A stretch of DNA of 64,000 bases. Source: a virus (taxonomy: Duplodnaviria > Caudoviricetes). Both the position numbers and the translations under genes were made by a program. The stretch lies in the IMG/VR virus record IMGVR_UViG_2513237176_000002; one strand, 5' to 3'. The notes under the pieces were generated by a model that had not been told where the DNA came from, did not search any database, and saw nothing but the letters and a program-made list of their open reading frames with translations. Of this stretch, positions 8,142 through 18,800 are shown in pieces (position 1 is the stretch's first letter; each line of letters begins with the position of its first letter).

Positions 8142-8690
8142 CCAGGCGCGGATAAGAACTCTCACGTCCGCGGCCCGATCCTTGGCAAATACCCAGAACG
8201 GAACCGGCTCGAATCTTTCCTGGCCCGACGTTTCGATCCAGTGCATGCCTGGGATGCGGCGTAGTCGCCGCCGCGCCTTGGTGAGAAGTTGCACGGTCAC
8301 CACGGCCGTTGCGAAGTACGCAATCAGGGTTAGCCCTGCAAGGAAGATGCTCCAGGCGGAGTCTTCCGTGATCCCGGTGGTCAATAGCACTGCGGCCAGC
8401 GCAACGAGGGTCGTGGACGCCAGGGCAGCCGAGATGCGGAGTTCTTTGTGCGTCAAGTGCCGGTCGGGAATACGCCCGACGTAGACCGTGAACAGAGTCG
8501 TACAGGCCATGGCGATCAGCCATGTGATCGCGACCGGAGTCCGTGGCACCAGGCCCAGCATCACAGCCCCGCTTACGATGACGGCGGTGGCGATGAGGTT
8601 GGCGGCGACGTTGATGCTGACGTCTCTGGGGAGACGCGACCGTGTCGAGTCTGTGAATCCCATGTCTGCGATGGTGGGGTGCCACCGCAA
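8127..8690 (-). CDS. Four-TM membrane protein (moron)
   Basis: Four hydrophobic helices, atypical codon usage. Confidence 0.6.
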   Translation of the reverse strand: MRWHPTIADMGFTDSTRSRLPRDVSINVAANLIATAVIVSGAVMLGLVPRTPVAITWLIAMACTTLFTVYVGRIPDRHLTHKELRISAALASTTLVALAAVLLTTGITEDSAWSIFLAGLTLIAYFATAVVTVQLLTKARRRLRRIPGMHWIETSGQERFEPVPFWVFAKDRAADVRVLIRAWLHRP

Positions 8691-8715
8691 GGCGGATCCC
8701 TCGATCGTGGCTGGC

Positions 8716-8916
8716 TCAGCTGCCGTCTTGCCCCGGCCGCCGTTCTTTGATCCACCTTTCGACGTCTGCAGCCAGCCACACTTTGCCCTGGCCGAGCTCG
8801 GCGACGGGCGCGGGGAACTTCGGGTGGCTGGTGAGGGCGTAGACGCGCTGCCGGCTGATGTTGCCGAGTCGGGCGCGGATCTCGTGGGCGCCCATCAGCT
8901 TGAGCCTAGATGTCAT
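8716..8916 (-). CDS. AlpA-family HTH regulator
   Basis: GAHEIRARLGNISRQRVYAL...FPAPV...GKVW..DVERW. Confidence 0.8.
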   Translation of the reverse strand: MTSRLKLMGAHEIRARLGNISRQRVYALTSHPKFPAPVAELGQGKVWLAADVERWIKERRPGQDGS

Positions 8917-9100
8917 GAGACCAGCATAGGCATCAGTCAAGAGACATGGCGGTTGCCGATCCGAACCCACGGCTGGCGCCCATCCCCGAAGGCACATTCT
9001 CGCGGGAAGCTGGGTTGACGGACCGCATCTCTTCCAACCGAGCTGCTGACCAAACACACTAGCTGGTGTGGCAGGCCTGCCGAGCGGGGAAGGTGCAGAG

Positions 9101-9325
9101 ATGAGCGACGTCTTCCGACTGTGCGTTGAAACCACTGACGGAGCCTCAACAAACATTGACAAGGTGCCAGCAACAGCCGTGATGGAAACGATGAATCGCT
9201 ACGTCAACCGGCTGGGAGACGGTTTGTCGTTCATCGCCGCAGCTGGTCCCGTGTCATGGACCTGGGACGAGATTCACGCCATCCGCCTGGTGCGGGGCAG
9301 CTACACCGTCGAGGAGTATCCGTAA
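9101..9325 (+). CDS. Hypothetical protein divergent from the AlpA gene
   Basis: RBS GGAAGG, 74-aa ORF. Confidence 0.5.
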   Translation: MSDVFRLCVETTDGASTNIDKVPATAVMETMNRYVNRLGDGLSFIAAAGPVSWTWDEIHAIRLVRGSYTVEEYP

Positions 9326-9433
9326 GGTGGCCGACCCGCTTCGGTCGGAGTGGCAACTTAAACTTCGCCGCGGCGCGGTACGGTGACCATTCAACACGTG
9401 GGGGAAGCTGGACCGAGCTTCCCCGGCCAAACC

Positions 9434-9817
9434 TCATTCTGCGTTCGCCCTGCCGTTCGATGACCCCACCTCGTCGGTGCGGACCATCTCCATCAGCGTC
9501 TCCCGCGACACATGCGGCGACAGCACCGCCGCCCGCCAGCGCCGCATCAAACCCATCAGCTCAGCGAGGCTGGTCCTCAGATCGGCCATCTCCTCCCGTG
9601 CCTGCCGGGCCTCCTCGCGGGCCTCCTTCGCCTCCTTAGTCACCTCCTTGACCCGCTCCTGCAGCGGCTCCACCAGGGTGAGCGCCGTATCAGTGAGCAC
9701 ATCTGCAGCCTCGGCCCGGATTTTGCGGCGCTGGAACACCGATCCGACCAGTGCCCCGAGCCCGCCGATGCCGCCGAGCACACCGATGACCGCCGTGACG
9801 ATCTGCGTGGCGTCCAC
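9434..9817 (-). CDS. Lysis-cassette membrane protein (1 TM plus coiled coil)
   Basis: N-terminal TM helix, coiled coil, position after the lysin. Confidence 0.7.
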   Translation of the reverse strand: MDATQIVTAVIGVLGGIGGLGALVGSVFQRRKIRAEAADVLTDTALTLVEPLQERVKEVTKEAKEAREEARQAREEMADLRTSLAELMGLMRRWRAAVLSPHVSRETLMEMVRTDEVGSSNGRANAE

Positions 9818-9819
9818 GG

Positions 9820-10290
9820 CTACTTCTCCTCGGCGAGCAACGTCACCTCAGCGGTGGTACCGGTACGGGCCGCTTTGGTGGCCCGGCCGATGTCCCGGAC
9901 GATCTGCGCCACCCGCGCCCACGACGCGACCGCGATGGCGCCGATGAAGCTTCCGGCGGTGATGGCCTGTGACCCGGACACGGTGACGAGGGCGATCGTG
10001 TACATGGTGGTGGCGGCGGCGAGGACGAATACCCCGATCGACTCCAGCTTGAGGCTGGCGTACAGGGTGCCCGGCCAGAACACCCCGGTAAGACCGACAA
10101 CGCCGCCGATCAGCAGCTCGTACGTCCAGATCTGCTGCACCACCGGATGCAGCGCGGACGCCACCGAACGCGGCGACAACTGCATGGTGAGGAGCGTGAC
10201 CCCGGCCAGCGCGGCAGCAGCGAGGGTCATCACCTCGAACGGGTGCCGGCCGGTCACCACCTGAATTGGGCGCAGGAACCGGTTCGGCAT
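9820..10290 (-). CDS. Lysis-cassette four-TM membrane protein (holin candidate)
   Basis: 4 TM helices, directly downstream of the endolysin. Confidence 0.7.
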   Translation of the reverse strand: MPNRFLRPIQVVTGRHPFEVMTLAAAALAGVTLLTMQLSPRSVASALHPVVQQIWTYELLIGGVVGLTGVFWPGTLYASLKLESIGVFVLAAATTMYTIALVTVSGSQAITAGSFIGAIAVASWARVAQIVRDIGRATKAARTGTTAEVTLLAEEK

Positions 10291-11324
10291 CAGGCGGCGA
10301 GCATCTCGCGCAGCGCCCCGGTGACCGCGGACTGCAGTTCGTCGGCGCTGATGTCGTCCCGGTCGGCGGGCAGCATCCCGATCACTGCGGCGGCAACCGT
10401 CGGCGCGAGAGCCGCCGCGAGCGCCTTCTCGTCCACGAAGTCGAGCTTCGCGACCGCGGCGATCCCTGCCTGCGCGTTGCCGGCGTAGCCGCGGGCCGCG
10501 ATCGTCGCGTTGTAGATGTTCGCGATGTATGACTCCGCCGACCAGTGGGTGTTCGGTGAGTTGTCCGGGTTCTTCGACCCGGCCGGGGCGCCGAGCACGC
10601 CGTCGGTGCGGAACACGGCGGCGGCGAGTGCGGCTTTGACGTCGGTGTCCTTGAGCAGCGTCAGGAACTCGTCCTTGGTCATGGTGTCATCCTCCTGTTG
10701 CTGCGGGGCGATGGATTGCTGCCATTCGACGTACGTCCAGCCCATGTCGATCGTCAGGGCCTTCCACATGTGCGGGAAGGAACCGACGATGGCGCGGCGG
10801 AACGAGTCGTGCCGGTGCCAGGTGTGCGTGGTGTCGCCGCTGGTCTCGTCGTCGTCGCGGTACTCGTTGTAGCCCTCGATGACACGGTCGTTGTCGATCT
10901 GCCCGAGGGTGTACGCGTAGACGTCGTCCGGGCGCAGATCGTCCGGGTCCCGCATCGCAGTGATCAGGCGCTTGGTGTACAGCGAGATCGTGCGGTAGTC
11001 GCCGCGCTGGGCGTCGCGGAACGTCCAGTCGTGTGCCGAGGTGAAGTTCTTCCACCACGGTCCTGTCCGGTCGGGTGCCCGCCGGATCGAATGGTCGGTA
11101 CGACTATCGCCGAGCCCGTGATCCGGAAGCCGCGAGCCGTACGAGTGGTAGCCCGGCTTCAGGGCCAGCGTGCCGCCGTTCTCCGACTTCTCCGGCTCCA
11201 GCGCCTCGCGCATGCAGACCAGCCACCACAGGGCGTCCGTCATCCGCTGCGGGTTCGGGTTGGGCCGGGGGAGTGTGAAGTCCGGCGGAGCGCCGCGGGA
11301 GTGTGTGCGCGGGTGCATGACCAT
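10290..11324 (-). CDS. Endolysin, probable Zn-peptidase type, with internal start at 10682
   Basis: KPGYH...DHS...SAHDW...HTWHRHDS His-rich motifs; position; internal AGGAGG RBS and ATG. Confidence 0.65.
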   Translation of the reverse strand: MVMHPRTHSRGAPPDFTLPRPNPNPQRMTDALWWLVCMREALEPEKSENGGTLALKPGYHSYGSRLPDHGLGDSRTDHSIRRAPDRTGPWWKNFTSAHDWTFRDAQRGDYRTISLYTKRLITAMRDPDDLRPDDVYAYTLGQIDNDRVIEGYNEYRDDDETSGDTTHTWHRHDSFRRAIVGSFPHMWKALTIDMGWTYVEWQQSIAPQQQEDDTMTKDEFLTLLKDTDVKAALAAAVFRTDGVLGAPAGSKNPDNSPNTHWSAESYIANIYNATIAARGYAGNAQAGIAAVAKLDFVDEKALAAALAPTVAAAVIGMLPADRDDISADELQSAVTGALREMLAA

Positions 11325-11515
11325 CAGGCCGCCTCCATCCGCTCCACCCGCCGGGCGGTGTCGATGACTGCGTCGGCGGTGTCGGCGTGCCACTGGTCGT
11401 GGATGCTGCGCCCCTTGTCGGGGATCGCGGTGCCGCAGATGACGCACGGGTAGAACGCGGTGTCGGTGGGCAGCGGGCGCGGGCCGATGCCGATGAAGTC
11501 GCCGCCGCTACTCAC
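11324..11515 (-). CDS. Small zinc-finger protein (CxxC...HxxxH)
   Basis: CVICG...HDQWH; translationally coupled to its neighbours. Confidence 0.55.
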   Translation of the reverse strand: MSSGGDFIGIGPRPLPTDTAFYPCVICGTAIPDKGRSIHDQWHADTADAVIDTARRVERMEAA

Positions 11516-11684
11516 GGTGCTCTTCGAACCCGTTGAAGGCGGGCTGGGCGGCCTGGGCGAGCGCGGTGAGCCGGTCGATTTCGCGTTGCTGCATGGCGAT
11601 GATCGCCGCCTGCTCGGCCAGTTTAAATTCGATGGGATAGTCCTGCTGGATCTGGCCCAGGAGGACTGCGGGGTCAAGCTGCAT
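11508..11684 (-). CDS. Small coiled-coil protein (58 aa)
   Basis: Manual translation MQLDPAVLLGQIQQDYPIEF...; RBS AGGAG. Confidence 0.55.
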   Translation of the reverse strand: MQLDPAVLLGQIQQDYPIEFKLAEQAAIIAMQQREIDRLTALAQAAQPAFNGFEEHRE

Positions 11685-11693
11685 GCGGGTCTC

Positions 11694-12137
11694 CTAGCTC
11701 GACAGCAGTTCGATGAACAAAAATCCGGGGGCGGCTGCGGAGCCGCGGACCTGATGGTTCGCGGAGCCCGAGTTGCGTTGCGAGGTCAGGGCGAACGTCT
11801 TCGACCCGGACGCAACGGCCGTGTATTCCGCGTGGATGCGGCAGGTGAAGCCGACACCGGAGTTCGACAGGATCGCGTACTGGCCGATGTTGAGCTGGGT
11901 GCCGCTCACGCCGTCTTCGCGGATCCGCAGTTGGTTCGTTTCATTCACCGGGAAGGTGCCGGTACTGATCGACAGGCGGACGTCAGCGACAATCGCGTAC
12001 GTCCAGCCGGCGACCAGCACCCCAGCGACGGTGAGAACCGACGTTTCGGCGGTGAACGTGGCACTGTCGGCGGTGAGTTTCGCAGTGTTAACGCGGCGCG
12101 CAAGTAGGGCCGCCGAGAGGACTTGGCCGGCTGGCAT
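11694..12137 (-). CDS. Minor tail protein
   Basis: AGQVLSAALL N-terminus, beta-rich, follows the tail-tip gene. Confidence 0.7.
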   Translation of the reverse strand: MPAGQVLSAALLARRVNTAKLTADSATFTAETSVLTVAGVLVAGWTYAIVADVRLSISTGTFPVNETNQLRIREDGVSGTQLNIGQYAILSNSGVGFTCRIHAEYTAVASGSKTFALTSQRNSGSANHQVRGSAAAPGFLFIELLSS

Positions 12138-12145
12138 GCCACCTC

Positions 12146-14992
12146 CTACAGGGCCACATATGCCGGGTCGGCGAGCGATACTCGCGCCCCGCCCACATGG
12201 GGTTTGTTGACATTGTTTTTGGACCTGACCGCACCGGTGACGGTTTGCAGGTAGGGTCCAGTGCCGGTCGGGGCGGACATGCCGGCTGCGGGGACACCGA
12301 TGACTTCACCGTCGATGTCCAGGTCGTAGCCGCCCGCGGTCGCCCATGTCTCCATCCGGCTCACCGTTTTGATGACGAACGTGGTGGCCGAGGCGTTCAG
12401 TGCCGCGTTGAGGGTGCTCGACAGTGAGTCCAGCAGCGAACCAGGGTCGTCGACGACCGCGACCCGCCACGGCTCAGCTGGATCCGTGTCCACCGAGGCA
12501 GCCCACGACCGTGGCGCGAGGGTCTCGGATCCGCCGACGATAACCTGGTCGATGGTGTCGACCCCGGCGATCGTCGGCTGGTTGAGGCGCTGAATGCGGG
12601 AACCGGGCCGGCACAGCAGCCAGTCGTCGATCAGGTCGGGGTTGGCGGCCAGGTCAATGCTGGCGGCCGGATAGGTGGCGCCTTGCGCGTCCGCGGTCAG
12701 GTGGACGCGCCAGCGGGCGTGATCGCCGAGCTGGGTGTCCGACAGCAGATCCAGCGTGGCCTTGCCGGGGATGGTGCCGCGCCGCTGCCGGTAAGTGGTG
12801 TCCGCTCCCCAGGTCGCCGACGACCCACCGGTCCGCTCAACCGTCCAGTAGTTCGGGGCCCGCGAGTTGAGGACTGGCACCAGCACTTGGGCGGGGTCGG
12901 TGCCCGCGGACCGGGCGTACGTGCCGAGGTCGATCACCATTGTCGGGTCCGGGTTGTAGCGGGCCGCCCGCGGCACCATCGTGTACCCGAACGCGTCTTC
13001 GTGCAGGATGGCCCCGGACTCGGCCTCTGCCGCCGCCTTGACCAAGTCCACGAAAGTGCCAGGCTGCTGAGTGTTGAGCTGGGTGATGCCGTCTGCCGGG
13101 GGAGTGGCGGTCACCTCGAACGGCACCCGTTCCTCAGCGGACAGCCGCCCAGCCCGCTTGTGGGCGGGTTCGCCCCACCAGCCGCGGTCCGCACGGTACT
13201 GGCCGTACTCGTCGACCTTGAACGGCAGCCCCGAACTGTCCGTGTTGCGCACCAGCAGGTGACCCATGATGAACTTCAGGCCCGCCTGGTTGGTGGAGGC
13301 GGTGACGTTCGCCCGGTCCGGGTTCAAGGAGATCGGCCCGAGTACGGAGCCGAGGGTGCCGGCAACCGTGCCGCTGCCCCACGTGTTCGCATTGAGCAGG
13401 ATGTCGACGTCGATGTTGCCGCCGTCTTGGACCATGACGACGTCGATGAACATCCAGCCGACGAAGTTGTGGTTCGCGACGGCGACGGTGGTGTTGGTGC
13501 CGGCCTGCGTGTTGTAGGCGCGGACGATGTGGCCGGGCGTGTTGGTGGAGATCAACGCCCACCGGTCCCAGGTGCCGGTCGTTGACCATTCCAGCAGCCG
13601 GATTTCGCTGGTTGCTGGTAGGACGGCTTGGGTGAACTGGTTGACGGAGACGGTGACCGTCCACGCATTAGAGGTGACGAGGTTGGTGACCGACCCGGCC
13701 AGGCGGGCACCGGCTGCCAGGGACACCAGGTTTTTGGTGCCGTAGTTCGCCAGTTCGGCGTCGTCGGGAACACCGGTGCTGGCATCGAACACGACGGGGC
13801 CGGTGGGCAGCAGCGGTGGTTGCCCTTCCAGGGCGGACGCGGCCTGCGTGGACCGTTCAGCGTCTTCGAGCGGCCAGTAGGCAACCGGCTCCACCGCGCC
13901 TTTCTGCAGGGCGCGGCGCAGCGGTGACCACTCGGGTGCGTCCTTGCCTTCCAACCGGGTGCCGACCCCGCCCAGTTCGATCTGGGCGACGCTGTGCGCC
14001 GAGCCGTCAGCAAGCGGCAGGAAGGTGGTGCGGACGTCGGCGATGTAGCCTTCGAACCGCGAGTATTTGGGCTGCTCCACCCGGAAGTTGTCGACGGTGA
14101 ACACGTACGGCAGCGCGTTCGTGGTTGACGCGAAAATCCAGGCCTGGAAGCCCAGGTAGTCCTGCCGCCCGGTCTGCACGGTCACCGTGTAGTCGATCGG
14201 CCAGTCGGAAGGTTCGGTGCCGGATGCCGCCCAGGCGCGCATCCGTACCCGTTCGCCGACGACGAGGAGCCGCAGCCGGATCATCTGCCCGGCCGCGTAG
14301 GTGAGGCCCGGCTGGCTCGCGGCAGCCAGATCCGACGTGTTGTGCCGCAGCCGTAGCCCGATGGTGCCGCCGGTGCCGAAGTCGAGGGCCGCCCACAGGT
14401 TGGTGTTCGCGGCGGTGCCCCGGAAGTAGATGCCGGCGCCGACCGCGTTGCCGACCGGAATGGCGGGAACCGCGACGTCGATGGTGGCGTCGATGTCGCG
14501 GTGCGGCACCACCGCCCGCGCCCGGCGGATCACGTCTTTCGCGGTGAACGTGATCTGCCCTTGGGTGCCGTTGGTGCTCATCGCGGCGGGGCTCGAATAC
14601 GACCACATTGTCGGCCCGACGTCGGCGGGTCCGATTGAGTTGGTTTGCGGGGTGCCGGTGAACGTGTGCAACACGATCGGACCCGGCTTGGTGCGCACTT
14701 CCAGTTTGAACGGGGTGCCGGCGTCCACGTACGGCCACCACTGCGAGCCGGGATGCAGCGCGGTCAGCTGGCCGTCGTCGTTGAGCAGGTGCACGGTTGC
14801 GGACGCCGACCGGCTGCTGGACCCGCCGACGATCACACCCCACTGGATGGTGATCGGTGTCGGGAGCAGCCGGTCGGACAGGTCCGTCCACGTCCACGTG
14901 TCCGGGTCGGCGGTCAGGTCGGCACCGAACGCCGCGCTGGCGGTTATTTCCAGGTCGGCGCTGCCGGGGAACTCGCCGGTCGGGGATGTCAC
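12146..14992 (-). CDS. Large tail-tip protein with lectin/LamG-like inserts
   Basis: WTDLSDR N-terminus, PVAYWPLED motif, position after the TMP. Confidence 0.8.
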   Translation of the reverse strand: MTSPTGEFPGSADLEITASAAFGADLTADPDTWTWTDLSDRLLPTPITIQWGVIVGGSSSRSASATVHLLNDDGQLTALHPGSQWWPYVDAGTPFKLEVRTKPGPIVLHTFTGTPQTNSIGPADVGPTMWSYSSPAAMSTNGTQGQITFTAKDVIRRARAVVPHRDIDATIDVAVPAIPVGNAVGAGIYFRGTAANTNLWAALDFGTGGTIGLRLRHNTSDLAAASQPGLTYAAGQMIRLRLLVVGERVRMRAWAASGTEPSDWPIDYTVTVQTGRQDYLGFQAWIFASTTNALPYVFTVDNFRVEQPKYSRFEGYIADVRTTFLPLADGSAHSVAQIELGGVGTRLEGKDAPEWSPLRRALQKGAVEPVAYWPLEDAERSTQAASALEGQPPLLPTGPVVFDASTGVPDDAELANYGTKNLVSLAAGARLAGSVTNLVTSNAWTVTVSVNQFTQAVLPATSEIRLLEWSTTGTWDRWALISTNTPGHIVRAYNTQAGTNTTVAVANHNFVGWMFIDVVMVQDGGNIDVDILLNANTWGSGTVAGTLGSVLGPISLNPDRANVTASTNQAGLKFIMGHLLVRNTDSSGLPFKVDEYGQYRADRGWWGEPAHKRAGRLSAEERVPFEVTATPPADGITQLNTQQPGTFVDLVKAAAEAESGAILHEDAFGYTMVPRAARYNPDPTMVIDLGTYARSAGTDPAQVLVPVLNSRAPNYWTVERTGGSSATWGADTTYRQRRGTIPGKATLDLLSDTQLGDHARWRVHLTADAQGATYPAASIDLAANPDLIDDWLLCRPGSRIQRLNQPTIAGVDTIDQVIVGGSETLAPRSWAASVDTDPAEPWRVAVVDDPGSLLDSLSSTLNAALNASATTFVIKTVSRMETWATAGGYDLDIDGEVIGVPAAGMSAPTGTGPYLQTVTGAVRSKNNVNKPHVGGARVSLADPAYVAL

Positions 14993-15446
14993 CAGCCCGC
15001 CCCCTTACTGCCAGGAGCCGGAGACTGATCCATGAAATAGGTCCAGAGCAGCGGATCGGCGCTCTGGCCCACCCCCGTTGGTCCGTTCCGGCACGCCATG
15101 ACCCACCGGCTGCAATTCGAGCCAGAGGCTACGAACATCAGGCTTTAACAGTGGGCGTCTTCATGACGCAGTAGTGACTCCTTTAGATCCCAGCTGCACG
15201 CATGGATTCCCCTCGAATGCCGCAATGACCTGCACGTTTTCCTGTGCTGCCCCATGTCCCGCCAGCTGCTCAGAAGACCACGTCTCGCTATCCGCGACGG
15301 AGCGGAGTACCTCTCTGGCAGGGCCAAGAAAGGGCGGTTATGCGCGAGAGGTCCACCAGGCGGCTGTACAACTATGTCCAGGTCGGGGCGGCACCCGAGC
15401 GACTACTCGCCTGTCAGCGCTGGAGACGAGAAGCGCTCCAGCCTCA

Positions 15447-15479
15447 CCCTCCAGGCAGGAGGGCCCTCCAGGCAGGAGG
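15447..15479 (+). repeat. Tandem 16-bp direct repeat; each copy is a hairpin
   Basis: CCCTCCAGGCAGGAGG at 15447 and 15464. Confidence 0.75.
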
Positions 15480-15497
15480 ACTACACGAGGAGGCGCG

Positions 15498-15698
15498 ATG
15501 CGGAAGCACCGCACCGGCCCTGCGAAACACCGAAAGCGCGAGGCTGCGCGACGCCAACGGAAGACGGCGCCGCAAACGACCCCTCAAGGCAATCGGTGGC
15601 GTCTCAACACTGAGGCGTCGGTCGTGGTGATGAGGTTCGCCACGGCGATGGTGCGGATGTTCCACACCATCAACGGAGAGGGTCCCGCCGGCTACTAA
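15498..15698 (+). CDS. Small basic protein (moron between TMP and tail tip)
   Basis: Strong RBS GAGGAGG, 66 aa, hairpins downstream. Confidence 0.5.
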   Translation: MRKHRTGPAKHRKREAARRQRKTAPQTTPQGNRWRLNTEASVVVMRFATAMVRMFHTINGEGPAGY

Positions 15699-15822
15699 CA
15701 ACCGGCGAGACCCCGTTGAGGCGGGGCGCCCGAAAGCTTCGCGGGCGGAAGGGCGCTCCGTTCCTCCTCACCATCGCATGCTCCCAGCGATGTCAGGCGG
15801 TCAGAACTGAAAGCCGAGGGGG

Positions 15823-18800
15823 TTAGCTACCGAACGCCAACTGCGGGTCACCCCGATACGAGAACTTGATCAGGTTGCGGAAGGCGTCCAGGACTTGATC
15901 CCCGGTGGCCCCCGACACCCAGCGGGCCTCGAGAGTGCGGGAATCCGCCACCGCGAGGCTGCGGGTGATCGCCGCATCCGCGTCGAACCCGAGCCCCATC
16001 GCCGCGTCATCAATCTGCGGCAACGCGGACGCGGCCAGACGTTCGGCTGCCGCCTGCACCAGGCCGGCGTCGGCGTCGATTCCCAGGGCAAGGCCCTCCG
16101 GTACACCGCGGCCCAGCTTCGCTGCCTCTTTCGACGGCGAGTTGATGCCGAGTGCCGCTTGGATGGCGTTGGTGACATAGTTCTGCGCGAAGTTCGCCAC
16201 CCGGTTCCACAGCCACGACGACAGTTCGGCGATGCCGTTCCACAGGCCGCGGACCACGTTGCGGCCGGCGGACACTAGCCACGAGCTGGCGTTCGACACC
16301 GCCCCGGTGACCTGGCTGCGGAGCTGTCCGGCCCTCGAGCGCAGGTCGCCGAGCCGGTTGGAGATCCCCGACATGAGCCCGCCGACCGCGTTGCGGCCGG
16401 TGCCGGCCAGCCACGACCCGGCGCCCGCGACAGCGTTCGTGACGGTCGTCTTCAGCTGCTCGGCTCGGCTGCGCAGCGACCCCAGCAGATTGGAGATCCC
16501 GTTCAGGAAGCCGCGCACCACGTCGGCGCCGATGCTGGCGAACACGGTGCTCGGGGACTTGATCCCGAACAGGTTCTTGACCGCGCTGATAACGCCGTTG
16601 AACGCCGCCTTCACCACGGCCTTGACGATCGGGCCTTGCGCGACGATCCCGGCGAGGAAACCGGTGACGATCCCCGCCGCGATGTCCGCGCCGAGGCTTT
16701 CGGACTCGTCGGACGAGAACGCGGACCGGATCTGCTCATACAGGCCAGTGATCTTGTTGCCGAGTTCGATGCCCTCCGAGATCGCCGCCTGCACCTTGCC
16801 GATGAAGTCTTGGATCTTCTGCTGGTTCTGCGGGTTCGCCAGGTAGTCGGCGACCTTCTGCAAGCCGATCCGGAACTTCTCCAGCGGGGACTCGCCGGGG
16901 TTTGTCGCCTGCGACCCGGTGATGATCTCGAAGATGGAGCCGATGATCGAAGCGACCGTGTTACCGATCGCGAAGATCTCCCGCAAAGCCTGGCTAGCCC
17001 GCTCGAAGAAGTCCTCAAGGCCGCCGGACCGTTCGCCCTGCTCCACCCAATCCGAGAACCGGGTAACGATCTCGGCCAGGCCCTCGCCGAGCTCCTTCAG
17101 GAACGGCGCCGACGCCTTCGCTAGCCGCCCGAACGCCGGAACCAGCTTGTTCGCGACCGCGTCGAGCAGCGGCTCCAGGCCTTGCCGGAAACCCTCCGCC
17201 GCGGCCTGGATGTTGTCCATGAACTCGGTCGTGGACAGCTGCGAGCCGAGATCCTTGAAGAAGCCGTTGAACGTGTCCGCGTACGCGCCGAGCGTCGTCT
17301 TCAGCCGCGGGATCCAGGCGTTCCCGAGGTTCGTGACCGTGCGGTCCAAGCCCTGGAACAGGCGCTGCTGCACGTCCAGCCGCAGATCGTCGAACGCGGG
17401 CTTCAACGCCTTGATCGCGTTGACGAACTTCTGCGCGGCCGGTGCCAGCTTGGTGACCTCCTTCGCCACCCCGCCGCCGCCCGAGGCGACCTTCTGCTGC
17501 GACTGGGCAAGAGAATCCTGCGCCGACTTCAGGCCATCGGTTGCGGACTTGACGCCGTCGAGGGCCGCTTTGACCCCGTCCTGCGCCGACGCGAGGGAGT
17601 CCTGGGCGTCGATGACCCCGAGCTGGGCGTCCCGGACACCCTTGAGAGCTTCTTCCTGATCTCGGTAGGCGTCCTGAACCTCGTCGGACCCCTCCACGCC
17701 TTTCCGGTTCGCTTCGTCGGTGGCCTCACCGAGATCCCCAGCAGTGTCCTTCGCCTCTTCGAGCGCCAACTGGGCGCGCTGATAGGCGAGCTCAGCGCGC
17801 TGAATGTCCGGCAGATTGCCGGTCACCCTGGCGGCCTCGAGCTCCCGCAGGGCGTCAGTAACGCCGAGCGCGGCCTCCTTCTCCGACAGTTGCGCGCCCC
17901 GCAACGCCCGGTTGAGGTCTTCGATGTTCTCCGCCGCGTCCTTACGCGCCTGGTTGATGGCCTTCTGCGCGTCGGTGACCCGCTTCTGCGCCTCCACCAC
18001 CCGCAGCTGCGCCTCGGCATAGTTGCGTTCCGCCGCAGCCAGCGACCGCTCGGAGGCCTCGACCTGCCGATTTGCGGCGGCGATACCCCGCCGGGCGGCC
18101 TCCACCTGCCGGGCTGCTGCGGCGATCTGCCGGGCCTGGTTGACCGCACCCCCGCCGCCTCCACCGCCCCCACCGGTGTCCTTGAACGCCTCCCCGATGC
18201 CCTTGAACCCCAGCCCGAGAGTGCCGATCACCGCACCGACACCGGCCAGCGCACCGGGAATCGCCGCAGCAGCACCCGCCACCGCCGTGATAGCCGGCAC
18301 CGCAGCCACAGCCGCGGCGGACAGCGCGGCCATCGCCGCGACAGCGCCAGCGACCAGCCCGACGATGATTCCGACGGGCCCGGACGCTGATGACAGCGCG
18401 CCGGACAGGCTGCTGCCGAGCTGCACGGCCTGACCGGCACCCCGCGAGATCGCGTCACCGAGGCCGTTGAACGCGCCCTTCAGCGCAGACACGCCGGGGA
18501 TGGCGCCGGACAACATCCGGCCAATACCCGACAGCGCCCGCGACGGCTTGTCCGTGTCAACGTCAACTTCGACGTCCACGTGAACATCGGCGCCCTGACC
18601 GGCGCGCGCCGCCGCGGCACGGACCTGCTCCGGTAGCCGGGACGTGTCCGCATCCACCGGCACGCTCGCCTTGACGCCCTGCACCGCCGAGGACACGGCG
18701 GCCCGTAGCCTCTGCCCAAGTCCCTGGACGCCGTTTGTGTCGGCAGTGACCGGGACCTGTACCGGCCCGGACTGGGTGATGGCGTCCCGGATCGCGCGGG

